From Giardia intestinalis (taxonomy: Eukaryota), in the NCBI GenBank assembly GCA_000002435.2, contig CM018791.1: DNA of 64,000 bases. One strand, written 5' to 3'. Within the stretch, counting starts at the first letter, position 1. Each line of letters begins with the position of its first letter. The translations under genes were made by a program, and so were the position numbers. Below the pieces are notes generated by a model. The model saw only the letters and a program-made list of their open reading frames with translations, was not told the origin of the DNA and did not search any database. Shown in pieces: positions 1-15,000 of the stretch.

Positions 1-1
1 T

Positions 2-3000
2 CAGTTTGAAATCACACTTAAGCCATTGGCTGCACCAAAGGAGCAAGACACACTCTGTACATATACCCCCATACAGCAGCTCCCGCTGACACCCTCAAGG
101 AACAAGCCTACCAGAACCATTGACTTAGTGTCTCTTCTGGGGATAACAACGCACACAGAGCTTATCAATGTGTTCCTGGAGTGTATAGATCACTTCACTC
201 TCAAAGACCGCTTTGCAATGGCTGTTCGCTATCTGTCTTCGGAAATTCTTCACCGCAAGGTCCAAAACCACCAGTATTTAAGTATATTTACCACTTCCAT
301 CATAGCAGCACTACTGGAGCTACGATTGCCCCACACAAGCCGTGCATCATATACGATAGACTGCGTTACGGATTACCGCGAGGCACAAATAAGATTGGAT
401 AAGGTGCGCTTCAAATGCAACGCCGATCGCCTCCAGGCACTTCAGAATCTTGCACACGAAAAAGAGCTGCTTTACAAAAAGCTCTGCCTCACCTTTCAAA
501 CTAAGAATCTGACTACCAGCTCTGCTGTCGAGTTGTGCTCCATCGGAATCAAATCTGCTCAACCTATCTTAAACCACATCAGAACGAGCAAGCTAACCCT
601 TCATCTGGAGTCACTAGATCCCCCTGCTTTCAACTTCCAGCAGACAATGGCAGATGCAGTCATGGACTACCTGGCCAATGCACAGACGACTGATCTTCAA
701 ATCCAGCTTATTCAAGAGGCCTCTATCAATACCTCTTCCCCTATTCACTGGTGTCACACATATCTTGCTAGCTTTTTATGGAACACATCCAAATATTACC
801 TCACTGCTCAAAACACTTCTATAGTCAACTACATGGCACAAACGGCTGCTGATCGTCGCTTGATGATGGAGCGGGGAATAGCTGCACTATCTAATATCTC
901 GTACCTGAGTGCAGATCGAGCGATGTTTCTACTTTTCCGACAACTTACAGCTACCATCGAAGACTATATCGGATATCTGACGCTTACGCCGGATCTCCTT
1001 TTGGTGACTGGGATTCCGTTTTACCCAAAGGTCTCGCCGGATATTTTAGGGTCCATTGTTTTCACAGAAGACTCTGAACAAAGGGAAAAGCGACTAGTAA
1101 CGGAAAATGGCGTCTCCCTTGATCCTGATCAAAAGGTAGTGATGTTCGACGGATACTCTCTCAAGAAAAGACTTGGCTACCGGTTTTTTCCCGAGGTGCA
1201 GATGGCAGCAAACAACACGGCCCACGGACATTCGGTTCCACTAACTAACATCATCAACGATACACCGGCGCGCTCGCTCTTCATCAGAATTGAAAAGGGC
1301 ATCAATTTCATGCAGAAACTAGACTTTTATCTAACAAACTCCTTCATTCTCCTCTTTGAGATCCTAATTCCATACATTCAAGAGACGCTGCTAAGTAATT
1401 ATGACCAGAAAATGCAAAGAAGTCTTGAGAAGATGATTAAGATGGAAAAGATTAACAGCAAGCGGCAAAAGCTGCCCGATGAGACCATTGAGAAATTGGC
1501 TATCCAGGCGCAGAGTTCCCTGAAACACGGATATGTAGAACTGGAAAAGCAAATAGAGGTATACATATATAGACTTTTCAACAAGGTTTTCGAGGATACA
1601 GTTTTTCCACTGTGGTTAGGGCTAATTCATAGCTTGTTGCACAGTATTGATGTACCAGAGAAATGTGATAGATATGCTCTTCATAGCGGTACAAGTGCAA
1701 TGTCAGAAGAGGTGGCATCAATACAACAGCACCACGAACATTGTAGTGCAGACGCGACCACCCTTGATGCTCTTACAAAGAACATGAAGGGCTCCACAGG
1801 GTCAGGAATCGACGAAAGCACTCTCCGTGCCACAGATCTTTGCACTGAGCGCACGGCATCATTTTTGCAGATGCCTGAATCAGTAGAACTGGATTCAGAC
1901 TCGGCGCCTTCTTCAGTACTGGTAAGTGGGATGAATGTGGACGCAGACAACCTCCTACTCTCACACGTTTCCGCAATGCGTGGATGCAATTTATCTTCCT
2001 CACTTCAAAGTGGGCCATTGGTGCTTACTAAGTTATTTACCCCAGAGATCGCCAACTTTTTTCTACAACTGCAGGAGAAGTTTGCTAATATAAAGCAGAA
2101 ATACCAGCAGGTGTCTAGCATACTATTCACCACTCCTTACACCCGGCCAATCTTCGAAAGCTTAGATTTGGATCTAAACTACTTTCAAGCAGATATGGCG
2201 CAAAACTCTTTGGACACGGCCAAGGAGTCAATAGAGCATATTCTTAACGTGCTTTCAACGCTGGTAATACATGTTATCTTTGAAACGAACAGCTATGGGC
2301 TCATCAGTAATATCGCTTTCGATCCATCTTCGGACTCTATTTATTCCGGTTTACTCTGCTTTATCTTTGATTTGGTGGACTTTTACTCGGCCACACCGAC
2401 CCTCGTGAACGTCCTCCTCAATCGCCGGGTCAATGCGCAGGTAGACATTGTTGACCTCATAGCAGACTCAGCTGGAATGGGTGTCAAGCGGCCTCATGTA
2501 AGGGGTGGCAGGGAACATGCAGTGTCAGAAGCAATCCAGGGACCAACGTACCTATATGATAACGAGCCTGCACTTGATAACGATCAGCTTGTCTCACGAA
2601 GTGTTATTGGCATGAACACGACACTGCTGAGACCGCTGGTGAGTCCCGACACGAAAGATATGTCTGCAAACTCCTATCTCGATGTGGCAAAAGATGTGGT
2701 AGACTCCTTTGTAATCGAAAACTGGAATATCTTCAAGCGAGAATCAGTCTATTCTGAATACATCAAAATGTTTTTTGATTTGGACATAACTTCTTGCACA
2801 CAGAGCTATCAGCTGCATTCCTCTCAGCCCCCATGCGCTTCAAAGAACCCCAAAAAGGCTCCTGTCCATGCACAAAATGCTTCTGCTATAGATCCTTTTG
2901 AAACTGCTGATCTAAAAATCCCTCATGCAATTACAAAACGAAAGCGGCAGCTATCTCGTGTAACCAGTCGATTGCGCAACGATCCGCCAGCTAGTGGCCT

Positions 3001-6000
3001 CAAGCTGATGAGCGTAGCAAAGCTAGCCCTCACAAACATGTCTATCTACTTAAAATCACTACAGAACGACTTCTCGACATTCTATCACGCCAATCTTTTG
3101 GCACTACGGGATCTATTTAATGAAGCCTATCTCTTTCCGCGCGAAGTCTACACAGGTTCTAAAACCATGCTGTCTCTCTATTCACTATTCAGATCTAAGC
3201 TCAAGGCTCTAAGGAAGAATCATACCAAACAGATCAATGGTAGGCTGGCCAAAGAACTAGGGCTGTCCACAGATGTCAAGGACGACGTCGAGAGTAGAAA
3301 AATACCAATAGAAGATATGGTTGCTTCTGCTGAGGTCGTCGTTTCGGAAACGGGTGCTGTCTCTCATCCCTCCATTGATTCCTCACACTTTTACCTCGAC
3401 GAAACCTCTTGTAGAGATTACTTTCTACCTATACACCACCCCATTGCTTCCTACCTACAGGGTGACATGATGGATAAGTTCCTATTTACAACAGAGCCTG
3501 CCGAGCACTCATCACGGAAATACGAGGAAGAGCTTCGTAAATCTGTCGCAGCGAACCGTACTGGGGCCTGCCATGCACGAAATCTTATCTTTGACGAACT
3601 TCTACTCTTCACTGGATACCTGCGGCAGCCTGCAGTTGTGACTGCTCTTTGCCAATTCTATATCCCAGGCGACAAGCCGCCAGAGCTTCTGTCTAAACAT
3701 ATTATCGATATTACCAATACATCCTCTATCATCACACGTATTCTAAGCAACATCTACGGCTTGTCTGAAAGCTATTATGCCGTGACTGCTTTGCCTCCGG
3801 TTTGTTTCTACGGTACCATTAAGATTGATTACAGCAATTATTTGGCAACGGTCGCCCGACAGGCTCATGAGCTCTATGTACTCTATCTAAATCGACTTGA
3901 CGACTATTGCAGACTAATACACGAATGTGGTGTAACATGTATAGAATATATTACAAAGAACTTAATGAACACGCATTTCGATTCGGCAGCTTCTCTTGGC
4001 GCGGTCTACTTTATTTTCAAGAACTTTGCCACATTCTATCCTAAATGGCGCGATTACTATGCATGGTTTAACGATGTCTCTGTCTGCCTGGGAAATATGA
4101 TAATTGATGGCAGGAGAGCTGCTCTTCTGAATGAGAAGCTCTTATACTATCGCACGCAAGGGTCACTTATGCTCATGAAGACATTTAAATCCATGGAAAA
4201 TCGGTCACAATCGATTTCACAGTGCTATCAGAAACTTATAAGCCAACTGACGCTCATAGATAACTGGGTTCTCAGTACTCAGGACGCCCTCTTTCAGAGA
4301 ATACGGGAGTACATACGCCTCAATACTCAGGCTATCGCCCTGTGTGATGAGGCACCCGCCAAGTTTGCGCAGCAGTACGAGACATTCACCAGAAACTTTG
4401 TCTTTCCACGCGCTGTCCGCAATCTTCACGACAAGGGCGACCTTCTGGATATAACAGCTGTCCTTAAGTCAATTGATTCCGCCACGTGCTTACCATTTTT
4501 ATCCAGCCTCTCGGACTGTTTAAGAAGACGCGAGCCCTCAATTCTGCAGCTCTTCCACAGGGATACCGACGCCTCTGGTATCCCTATTTTTCGCTCTGTT
4601 GACTTTCCGGCGGCGTTTACCGAGTGCGAGGACATAGCGCATCATTTAATTCTCCTGTGCGAAGCCCTAATTAGGACGAGGAAAGACGCCCTTGCTCTTA
4701 ACATGTATCCGTACAACGATAAGACTCTGTTTCCGACTGATAAGGCAATACTGGACGCAATAACGGAGGATAGAAATCTGTCGGCTATAGATGCAGTCAT
4801 ATTCTACGACAAAGACGTTGACACAGCAAAAACACGTACAGCACGACGGGACTACTTTCTCAAGCAGTTGCTGGACCCCGGGGAGTCTCTTAAACTTTCT
4901 TCGAGCACGGTGGATGCAATACTCCACCCCAGCACTCAGCAGGGGCCAGTACTTACTCGCTTAAGAAATCTCTTGCCTCTTCTCTTTCTTATCAACAAGC
5001 TTGTGGCTCTCTACTTCGACTTTCTGAGTAACTTTGAGCAATGGATGAATTGCACGATAGGCCGCCTTAGCCTGTCCGACGTCAAAAACTTTGTGGTGCA
5101 GGTAGTAATAACCGCCACGATTATTCTTGAAACTCTTAGGGATAGCGTGCCCATCTCTGAACTGGCCAGGACTCTCCTTCAATTCATCACTAAAAAGCGG
5201 TCTCAGCTCCAATTATTTTTCATACTGAAGTCGAGCCTTTACAAGATCAACTTTATTCAGTCACCTAACGCAGCTAGGAACGTTTGCCTTAGCTCCTTTG
5301 AGGCCATGGAGGTTGTCACCAACAGGCTGCTACTGCTCAGCGACCTGGAGCCCCTGCGGACAAACGAATTGGGTCAGCTCCTCGGTATTATTCAAGCAAA
5401 CATAGATGAGTTCCTTTGCATTGACCCGCGAGATCTACATGTAGTGGATTTTTACGTCCGAGATCTGTTGAAATATAATCGGTCTAAATATTCTGATGAA
5501 ACAAAGGTGAAAATATTTTTGGAGATAGTGAGCAATCACGAATGTTCCATTATGAGGTCCTACCGGATAGGCCTGCACCGAATTCGTGCGGAGCGATTTC
5601 AATACATCCAGTCCTCTTTGATTCAGCGAGCATTAGCAAACAAGGAAAATAGAGTCAATCCAGATGAAAGGCTCGAGTTTCCTTGCCACTTTCTCGTCTC
5701 CAGAACGGGAGGGTTCGTTTTGGAGACGACCGTTCTGCAACCACAAGTCCTAGAGGTTGTCAGTAAGTATGCATCCACCAGTGATCAAGGCACAACGCAG
5801 ACGGCCGAGAAGCTACCAGCAGCGAGTCGCAAGGCCCTCTATTCCTTTCACTCTGAAGAGCTGAGTGGGAAACTTCAGGACTTAACAAAAGTCAGTATGT
5901 CAGACACGCTCGACGCTAGTCTAGAGATGTATGAAGAGGGCAGAGATACTGACTCTGCCAAGACAGTGGAGCCCGATGAAAAGCTCACTATGACGGCAGC

Positions 6001-9000
6001 CCTGGCCCAGAAGGAGGGCATTGTGATACGGGGCCCGATACGCAACGCAGCCATCAACGCTTCTCAATGCTTCTCTACAGGAATATTTTATGAAGCTTGT
6101 ACTTTTGGATATCTAGCTTATCAATACTTTGGCCTTTTTGTCCTTGATCAGGATGAAAAAGACAACAAGCAGCCAAATGTGGATCTCGGTAAGTCATCTA
6201 GAAAGTGTGGTAATAACATAGCTGCAGAAACTCGCCGCTACAATTCGTCGCTGGACCGGATTAAGCTTCTAGGGTCTGACGAGCCAGTTATTTATTCACG
6301 CGTCAGTGCTGATTATTCGCCTCTTAATTCTGTGTACTTGAAGCAAAACTATCCGAGCTTTCTGGATAAGTCACACTTTCTATCCTTGTGCTACCATGCC
6401 GATTTCACTCTTGTGGGCGACAAACGCGGGAAGCTTCTCTTTCTTGAAAAGAAGCTTACCATTAAGGTGCCGCGTAAGCTCTTTGAGCTGGACTCACAGC
6501 TGCAGTATGACCTTTTAGGCCTCCAGGGACCGCTTAGTCACACGACTGAGCAGCGGCCTGCTGCCCCGACTTGCATGGCTTTAAAAAGGCTCACAATTAT
6601 TCCTGATATCAATCTGCACATCTTCACAATTCTCTGTGCTGTCCTTCAGAATTATGTGACGTTTGACTCTCTCGCATCCCATCTGTTCGATCTGGACGCA
6701 ATTCATCAGCTTGTGTCACTGCAGTGGCGGGTGTATCTTCTGATGAGCAGATGCATTTTTATTATCTCATATGTCAGGGCCCACGCAAATAAGCTTTTTT
6801 ACTATGTCGATATGCAGACCATTTGTCTGCAAGCTAGAGGCTTGCCCGTTCTAGTGCCAGCTGTGCACACTAGAGCAGTGACCCACAAATTCTTAACGTT
6901 ACTATACAAGACACAAACCCTGCTCAGTACAGCCCAATCCAATGGAGCGACGATGAGCAATATCGCCTCTCGAAAGGTACTCAGAGACACCATCTTTGCG
7001 CAGATAAAGGACCTTATTGAGTTTGAGGGCGAAATAGTCGCCGCAAACATGCCATTTCTACAGCATTCGGGGACCCTCCGAGACAGTGCTAATTTTCCAG
7101 ATAGCTACATGCTATCGCGTCAATTTCTTGTCAGCTCCTTTATTGAATCAATCATATATGATAACTTTTACTCTCCTGTCATATGCTCTGCAGATAAGCT
7201 CACAGAATGCAAGGGAGCCGTTGTTTGTTCGCTCCCCGCAAGAGTCATAACTGCATGCAGCACTGTTCTATCCAACTTCGGATTTCACAGGATGCAGTTT
7301 GTGATTTACAAGATTGTTTCCCTGACGAATAGTCGTTCATTCTACATTTTCGCTGGCGTTCTTTTCGGTATGGATTTGCATGAGGCCTCTGGGCGCCAGC
7401 AGGAATATCTTCGCTTTTGCATGCCAATCTTACTGGATAGGCTTCCACATTGTTTCACCATATTGACATACTCTATGCTGCAAACGACCATTTCTGCGTC
7501 TCTCTCCTGGTATGTGCAATACTACTCGGACATACTTGCCAATGACGCACTCAATTGCGACATAGCATTGTGCATTCTTCGGAGCATACCTTTGGCCACT
7601 GGAGTTCTGGCCATTCTCAGGCTTTTCCACGTCCTGGTCTCCGATTCAACTAAGCCGGGTGTCAATAGTTTGGAGAAGCTGAAAACTTTGAGGTCCGCTC
7701 TCGCAACTCTTACGTATGTCTTAAGCATCCTTCTTCGGTATCAGATTATCACTGTTCCCTCTACATACATGAGCCTTGTGCATCGCTCTGTTTGCATTAG
7801 CATTGATAAGTACCTTGATCCATCCACTAGCGTTTGCTGTCACACCCATTTCACTATAGACTTTGAGGCACTTGAGGAGCAGTTTCCATATAACCACCAG
7901 CGCCATGACATGCCGATAACCAAGGCGGTTACCTTTGAGCAGCATGCACCCACTGAGGACTCGTACACGATACCGTGTTTCGATATGCTCCACGGCTCCC
8001 TGTCCAAAGACTTCAAACGAGAGGCCCAGAAAGATTATATGGCTGCGCTTTTGCACTACAATAAGCACCACATAAAGCACGCAACTATTCTGGGACCATG
8101 CACAGTGCTTCCATTCAGCTACCTATACATTAAAGATACTTCTCCCCTCGAAGTGCAGATATCTTCTATTTTGCAGGAAACTTTCACTAGCGTTCGATAT
8201 AGGCTCTTTAGAGACATCCTTATTTCGCTTTCCAATACCTTATCTGATATAATTGAGGACTGTGTAGAGACTCCGCCAGTGCTAACTCTGCCACCTAGCG
8301 AGAAACAGATCCAACCACCTGACACTGCGTCTCCAACAGTTAATCCTTATGTATCACACGGCTTTGTCACGAGCATCTTTGTGTCTGGTGGTGATGAGTC
8401 TCTTTTTCGGCTTCTTGATGATTTTAATATTTTTGCTTTTCAATTGCTTGGAGACTACTTACACACGTACAACCGTGACTTTATCACTAGTATGCGCTTC
8501 TTCCAAACCCGTGCTTCATTTTTGGGAACTCAACAGGCGTTCACACCCATGCGTGTATACTCTGGGGTAACGCCTGTCTGTGCCTATAAAGGCCACGTTT
8601 TTCTGGATGCTTCCTTTCCAGACGGCATGTTTGCTGAGTTTTCAACACTACCAATCTACTCCGAAATATTGGACAAGCTTTTATTTTACAAGTTATTGTT
8701 TATTGTTTCTCCTATCAATGATGGCCCAGCGTGTAACTCACCTCTCAAGTCCTTTTTCAGCGCTTATGTACCACTTATTACTGGGCATCCTGTGGTATTC
8801 GACCAGCCATGCTTGGTAGATGAGTTCTCCATCGAATCAATGACAGATAAAGAGGCTACGTACTTTAGGTCGCTCCTATGCATGTTGGTGCTCGGTGCTA
8901 TCATAGTAATCACAAGTGAGGTTGCTACGAGACATAACTGGGCTACCTATATGCGCCTGCACGAAGAAAGGGTTCGGCAGGACCTTCCAGGCAGCCTAGT

Positions 9001-12000
9001 CTTCATTCTTCCTGGCCTGGTAAAAACATATCATGAACACAATATAGAGGAACCTATGTACGTGCTCGCCGAGAAGGCGCTTAGCATTTTAGCCCTTTAC
9101 GGGTTGGGTCAGGAGTCCAACCACTTAATTCGGTATCGAGACGGTTTTGTCGGCACAGACAAAGTTCAGCAATATGTGCATGACACAGATCTCTCTATCA
9201 AAATAGAACGGCTGGCTGCAAAGTTCTCTCAGCTGTCTGTTGGGAGTCAGAGCTTGTCAAACGCCATGCTCAGATCAGTTTTCTCTAACACACCTAACGT
9301 GTTGTCTGCAGCCCCTCTACCTTACTTACTGCGTAATTACTTGTTGCTTATTGCTGGCACTTTAGACGATTCTGAGGCTCGTATGGTTTTGACAGCCGTG
9401 TTTGTATCCACCTTTGGCACTTCTCTGCTTGACAAAGATGAGTCAGGGCAAGATGCGATGGCCTTCCTCACTGAGTTGACAGAGCGATATGCAGCTTCGA
9501 GTTATTACTTTTTGGACTCTGACATGAAAGAAGTACCTGCTTCTGCAAATCCACCCATGACCTATACTGTACCGTTTGCTCTAATGTTTTCCTATGCATT
9601 TTCAAGCTTGCAATATATTAGAGCCTCGCACACTGAGCTCCGATTCTTCTCGGAACCGGCATGTCTAACAGAATCAGAGAAGCGGCTTAATCAGGAGTTT
9701 CATCTGAGCACTTCTAATATGAGACTCTGCGGACTTCTTTCCGAGTTCTATCTACAGTTCTTTGGCAGAGATATTCTAGCAACTTTCCCCTTTTCGACTA
9801 CAGGCTTTTATTTTCTTTTCAATTTAGTTTACATTATTCTATTAATACTAACCCAATCTGTTTCTATTGGACCAATTGGTCTTCATGTTATAGACTTACC
9901 TCTTTGCAACACTCTTTATGGAATGGTTACTGCTGCGATTAGATACCTCGTCTCGGATATAATAATCATGGAATTAAGGTTTCAGAACCAGTGTAGGTTT
10001 GCTAGCAAGCGCCTCAACATTGCCGATCCGGTTGAGGGCGAGGAGTCTAGCATCTCCCATCCATCATTCGTGGAGGTAACCGATGTGTCTCAAATTACAG
10101 ATGTAGCGACAGGAAGGGTAACATATAGGCCTTACACAATATACTTTATGGCCTTAAAAGTGATTAATCCCACTCAAGATACAACAATGCTGTATGAAAT
10201 TTTGCTGTCAGCTCCACGACCCTCAACGACTGCCATTGTCATCATGTCACCATGTCTACGGCTATTGCAGTCCTTCACAGGGTATCACCTTCACTCTCAG
10301 CATTCTCTGCTCAATCCCAAACTTCTCCTCCAATATCAGACCCGCGAAATAAGATACTATCATACATTCAAGCTGTCTTCAATCAGTACTTCGGAGAGCA
10401 CAGACGTCTCCTATTCGCAATTCGAGGATCTGATCACGAGCTTTTCCATAACACAGTTGCAGCGGTTAATGCAGATGAAGGCGATGCGCTTCTTTATTCA
10501 GCTCTCCCCGCTCGTGCTTGCGTTCTGTGCTGACGCCTGTCTTCTAACCGAGCCTCGAGATTACTACGCTGCATACTGTAATTTTGTCTATCTCTGCTCT
10601 AAGTATTGTATTATTACCGTTGTACCAGTGATTCAAAATGGGTTTGAAACAGCAAGCCTTTATGGTCGCTGGGAGACATCCGATCCTTGCTCAAATTCGA
10701 TATCAGATCTTGAACGGCTTCTTGGCTCTAGAATGAAGGGAAAGGAGCAGGCTACACCGCAGGCTACCGTATATGAAGCCCAGACATCCACTAAAGACTT
10801 TGAGCAGCTTGCTTCTTCGATAGTCGGAAGTGCCGTCACAACCTTCCCTGGAGCGATGTCTACATGTGACAGTGCCATAGACAAATGTATGGCAACATCG
10901 TTCATGCACCACACTGCGCAGGGCTCTGTCACTGAGCAGGGACACGCCGACATCAAAAGGCCCAAAGAGAACAACGTCTTCGAGCTCTTCAACATTTCTC
11001 AGAACAAGCTCCTATGTACAATGCCCATCCCACATGATTCAGTTAGGCAGTGTCTTATATTTTCTCAGCTAGAAATAAGATGCAACCCTGCCTTCTTTAC
11101 ATGCTTCACTTACTGCAATCAGAACTACTCTGAGTTAGTGGCAAAGCTGGCGCTTATCATCTTTGGACTTGCATTCTCCGCTTGCAAGCTTAAGACTATA
11201 GTTCCAGCGGGATCTAATTCAGAGGTATTCAGACGGATGTCTGCGTTCTTAGCCTCGTCCCTGAACATTGATGACCTGTATAGCGACTCACAAGATGTTT
11301 TGTTCGACTTTCACGAGCAGGCCTATAAACAGTGCAGAGAAGCATTGCTTATGGATGGGCCTCAAACTGCATATTCCGTCTTCCTCTCGCGCTACTTCCT
11401 TAGCACAAATGACGAGGAATCACTCACCGACACAAACGAGGCATATAGCACGGCTTATAATGAAACTCACGGAGCCATTTCAGTAGACAGGTATGTCTAT
11501 GTCCGTATTCTTAACAGCATGCTTCCAACGGCACAGACCATCGCTGCAAAAGGTGATGCGTTCCTTTACAGCTTGCTTCTTCCTTCGTTTTCAATGGAAC
11601 CCATGACCTATGAGGGGCTTCGATTGGTTGAGGAGACTATTTCTCGGTTTTCGGACGGAGATTTCGACACTCTTCTCACACTGCTCAATTTTAGCACAGT
11701 GTATCTACACTTCACCCCAGCGCTCTACCCCAAACGGTATATCCTGCACCAAGGCACAACTAAGCGTCCATCTTCAACACTATACAGTCCTGTTGGAGTG
11801 CAAGAAGATCGTCCTGGTCCGTTCAATGAAATTGTGGATGTGGGATATCTGACTGCATATCCTATAAGTAGCTATGATGCTGAGTTAAGGATGCTAGCCT
11901 TATCCATCGTTGCAGCTATGTTTTGCAAGATACCTGTTGTTCTTTTCAGTGTCTTCTCACCAATATTTAACCAATCCGCGTTGCGTGCCGCCACTGCGCT

Positions 12001-15000
12001 ATTTGAAGAGGACACGTCTGTTCTCATACAGGATGATAAGTATAGAGAAAATATGCAACTCCAAACATCAGCAGACGAGCATATAAAATTTGGCACCTTT
12101 TCATATAACACGTATCTAATTCATAGTGTTTGCACTGATGCTGACCTGATCCAGCTTCTCGCTCGCCTACGGTCCATGTGCCAGTTTGTTTCATGTAACT
12201 CCCAGACCTATCTGGTTTCGCCATGTAGACTCATAGTCCTCATCAGAGCACATGCTTCTTTTCTATATTACCCAACCCTCCTCACACTACTTGGTCAGAA
12301 AGTTCAAATGATCGATAACACTGGAGTCATGCAACTAGTTACTCTGCGCAATATCCTCTTCTTGGTTGATGTTGCTCACGGGCCTCCAAAGGATATGTTA
12401 AGGATTTACCAGGTCTCACACCTATACACAGTTCGCACAGATGTGTCACTTCCCAGAACGCGGCGTGATAGACTCTGCACACAAGGAAAGCATTATGGGC
12501 ACTATCTCCTGGCAAAGATCTTTGGGTTCCGTGCTGTCAGTCGGCAGCTGGAGAACTTTCTCCTTGACCGAAACTTTATGTACACAGAGCGTATTTCTGC
12601 TTCGATAAGCACAATTTGGCTTATGGAACAATATTATGGTGTGTCACGAAGCAACGACCACACACTTAACGATACTATTTCTGCCATAATCTACAATTCA
12701 ATAGAACAAGCCGCCACTCAATATCATGAACAATATCCAGAAATTTATAGTGCACTCTATGGTGCCACGACTAAACAGAGGTTGATGTTAAAATTAGCTG
12801 ATGCGCCAGCTGCTTCCAGTACGCTAGAAGCGCTTACTTGCAGACAGCTTCTCACGCACACACCTGGTCAGGGCGTGCTCCTCAAGCAATTGATTGATGC
12901 CTTCAACATAAACCTCTTGAAGATCCTGATTAATCGAAGTCTTTATTCCCATTTCATGAACGAGTACGCTGAGCGAGTTGGCGGTCGAAAGAACCGAAAA
13001 AGTCGGCAACACACGACCGCCAGACAAGCTTCTGCAATCTCTAGAAAATCGGGTGCATCCCGTAGTTGCTGTGGCTCTCGGGCGTCATCGTTGACTGTTC
13101 TGGAAGAAACTATTGAAGAAGGAACTTTCTTCACACCAACAATCGATCTAAGTTACTATCAATCTGTGAAATCTAAGCGGTTAGAGGATAAGTCTGATGG
13201 ACCAAGCAGTAAAAACAGTGACTCGTTTGATACCACCTCCACATCGGCAGCTGCAATTTCACCTAGAGATCAGAGGGCCTCTGACATCAAATCATCTCAG
13301 GTTCCATCTCTTAGTGTTAAGTGGCTCAAGCCACCTATGGTGCAGCAGAACCCTGAGGTAGATGAGCACACAGAGAGCGCAGTAAAGCTGCCTGCTGTTG
13401 TATCGTCCCTTCTTAATAAGGACGTTGGTACCAAATACTTAGCCAAACTGAGTAGCCTCACAGGGCAAGACTATTTCGGAGTCCACACAATGGAGCTAAG
13501 GAACATTTTGGCAGAGGCTCACCTTTCTCCCATGCACATACCGACCACCCTGTTTGTCCCTTCAGGGCTTCTTAGCTACGCTGATTTTATCCTTCTAGCT
13601 AAGTCTTTACCTGGTGTTCTTGATGCTCTCCCGATAGACAGTCGTGTTCACCCAGTAGACAAAGACTCCATTTTATTGGTCGATATAGCTGCTGCTTGCG
13701 GATTAACAGATAGGGCACTTCCACCAGTACTCCAAACAATGAGCGTTACCGATAGATTTCTCACGGCCCTAAGGGCAGCTACGTGTGCGGCGATGGGTAT
13801 GCCTCCATCTGCGGCATATCCTCGAATCTTTGAACGCTTCAAGAAGCAAGCATTTTCGGGCATAGGATCCAGTTTGGAATCTCCGCTTTACCTACCTAGT
13901 GGACGCTTATCAGATACGACTATCATGCCGCAGCACATTCTGTCTACACACCCTCTCCTGGCTATACCGCGATGGCACTTTCACATAAACATCCAGACAC
14001 AAACCCTTATTCAGTATAAAACATCCATGCGAACAAGGACCGAATTTCACCCCGAATACGTCCCATATAACAAATATCCCCATCAATTTAATACCGTTAT
14101 TTTGGCAATCCCTCTCAGCCTTGCAGTGAGTTGCAATCTCCTCACTATGGTTGCTAACTTCCTTTATCCGGGGTCGGGAGAAAACAGCTGGATAAACAGG
14201 GAAGATCAAAGTGATTTTCTATCCGACTTCAGCTCCATTTCTAAACTCGGATTGGTCACCACAAGAACATATTTATGTTTTGTGAGCTGTACCATGCAAG
14301 TGATTATATTCGACAACTACTGTTTGCAAGCTGCTGTGCGCAAGGACATTCTTGCCATACTCCCACCTCATTTGGACGTAGTGCACTTTCATGCAGGCTT
14401 AAGCATGCACAAAGATATTGCTTCCATAACACAAAGTCCGTTGATGCAGCACAGGCTGTCAATTCCCATCCTGGCTTTGCCACCAACAGCCACTATAACA
14501 ACCCAGCAGAAAACGGTGGAGATATCGGAACAGTTGGCTGAAATGCGTGTATACATTGTAGCATATTATCTATATGACACGCTGGTGACACAGTTTTCAA
14601 GTTTCTCCATTCCATTCAGCAATAGCGTCGAATCTTCGGGTGAACTGGACACCGAACACGCCAACATGGATGTCAATCAAAGGACTCTGACAGCCTACTC
14701 TGCTCAGCGTAGCACCAAAGACTCAACATTGCACTCGGACGAGTCTTCAAATTACGTGGACTCGGAGATCAGAAGCCTGCGTTTACCTTCACTCTTGTCC
14801 TGTCCATCCTCTGCGAGGTCCAAGCGCTCTGTACACAATGATTTTCAAGATAAGTATAAGCACGCTGCTACTGTGTCTGGAATCCACGCTAGATCGATCA
14901 AATCTATTTCTAAGTTTATCCCATATTCAAACATTAACGATTTTATCCTGATAGTACGCCATGTATACCGAAACTTGAGAAGCTACTATGCTTCTAAGTT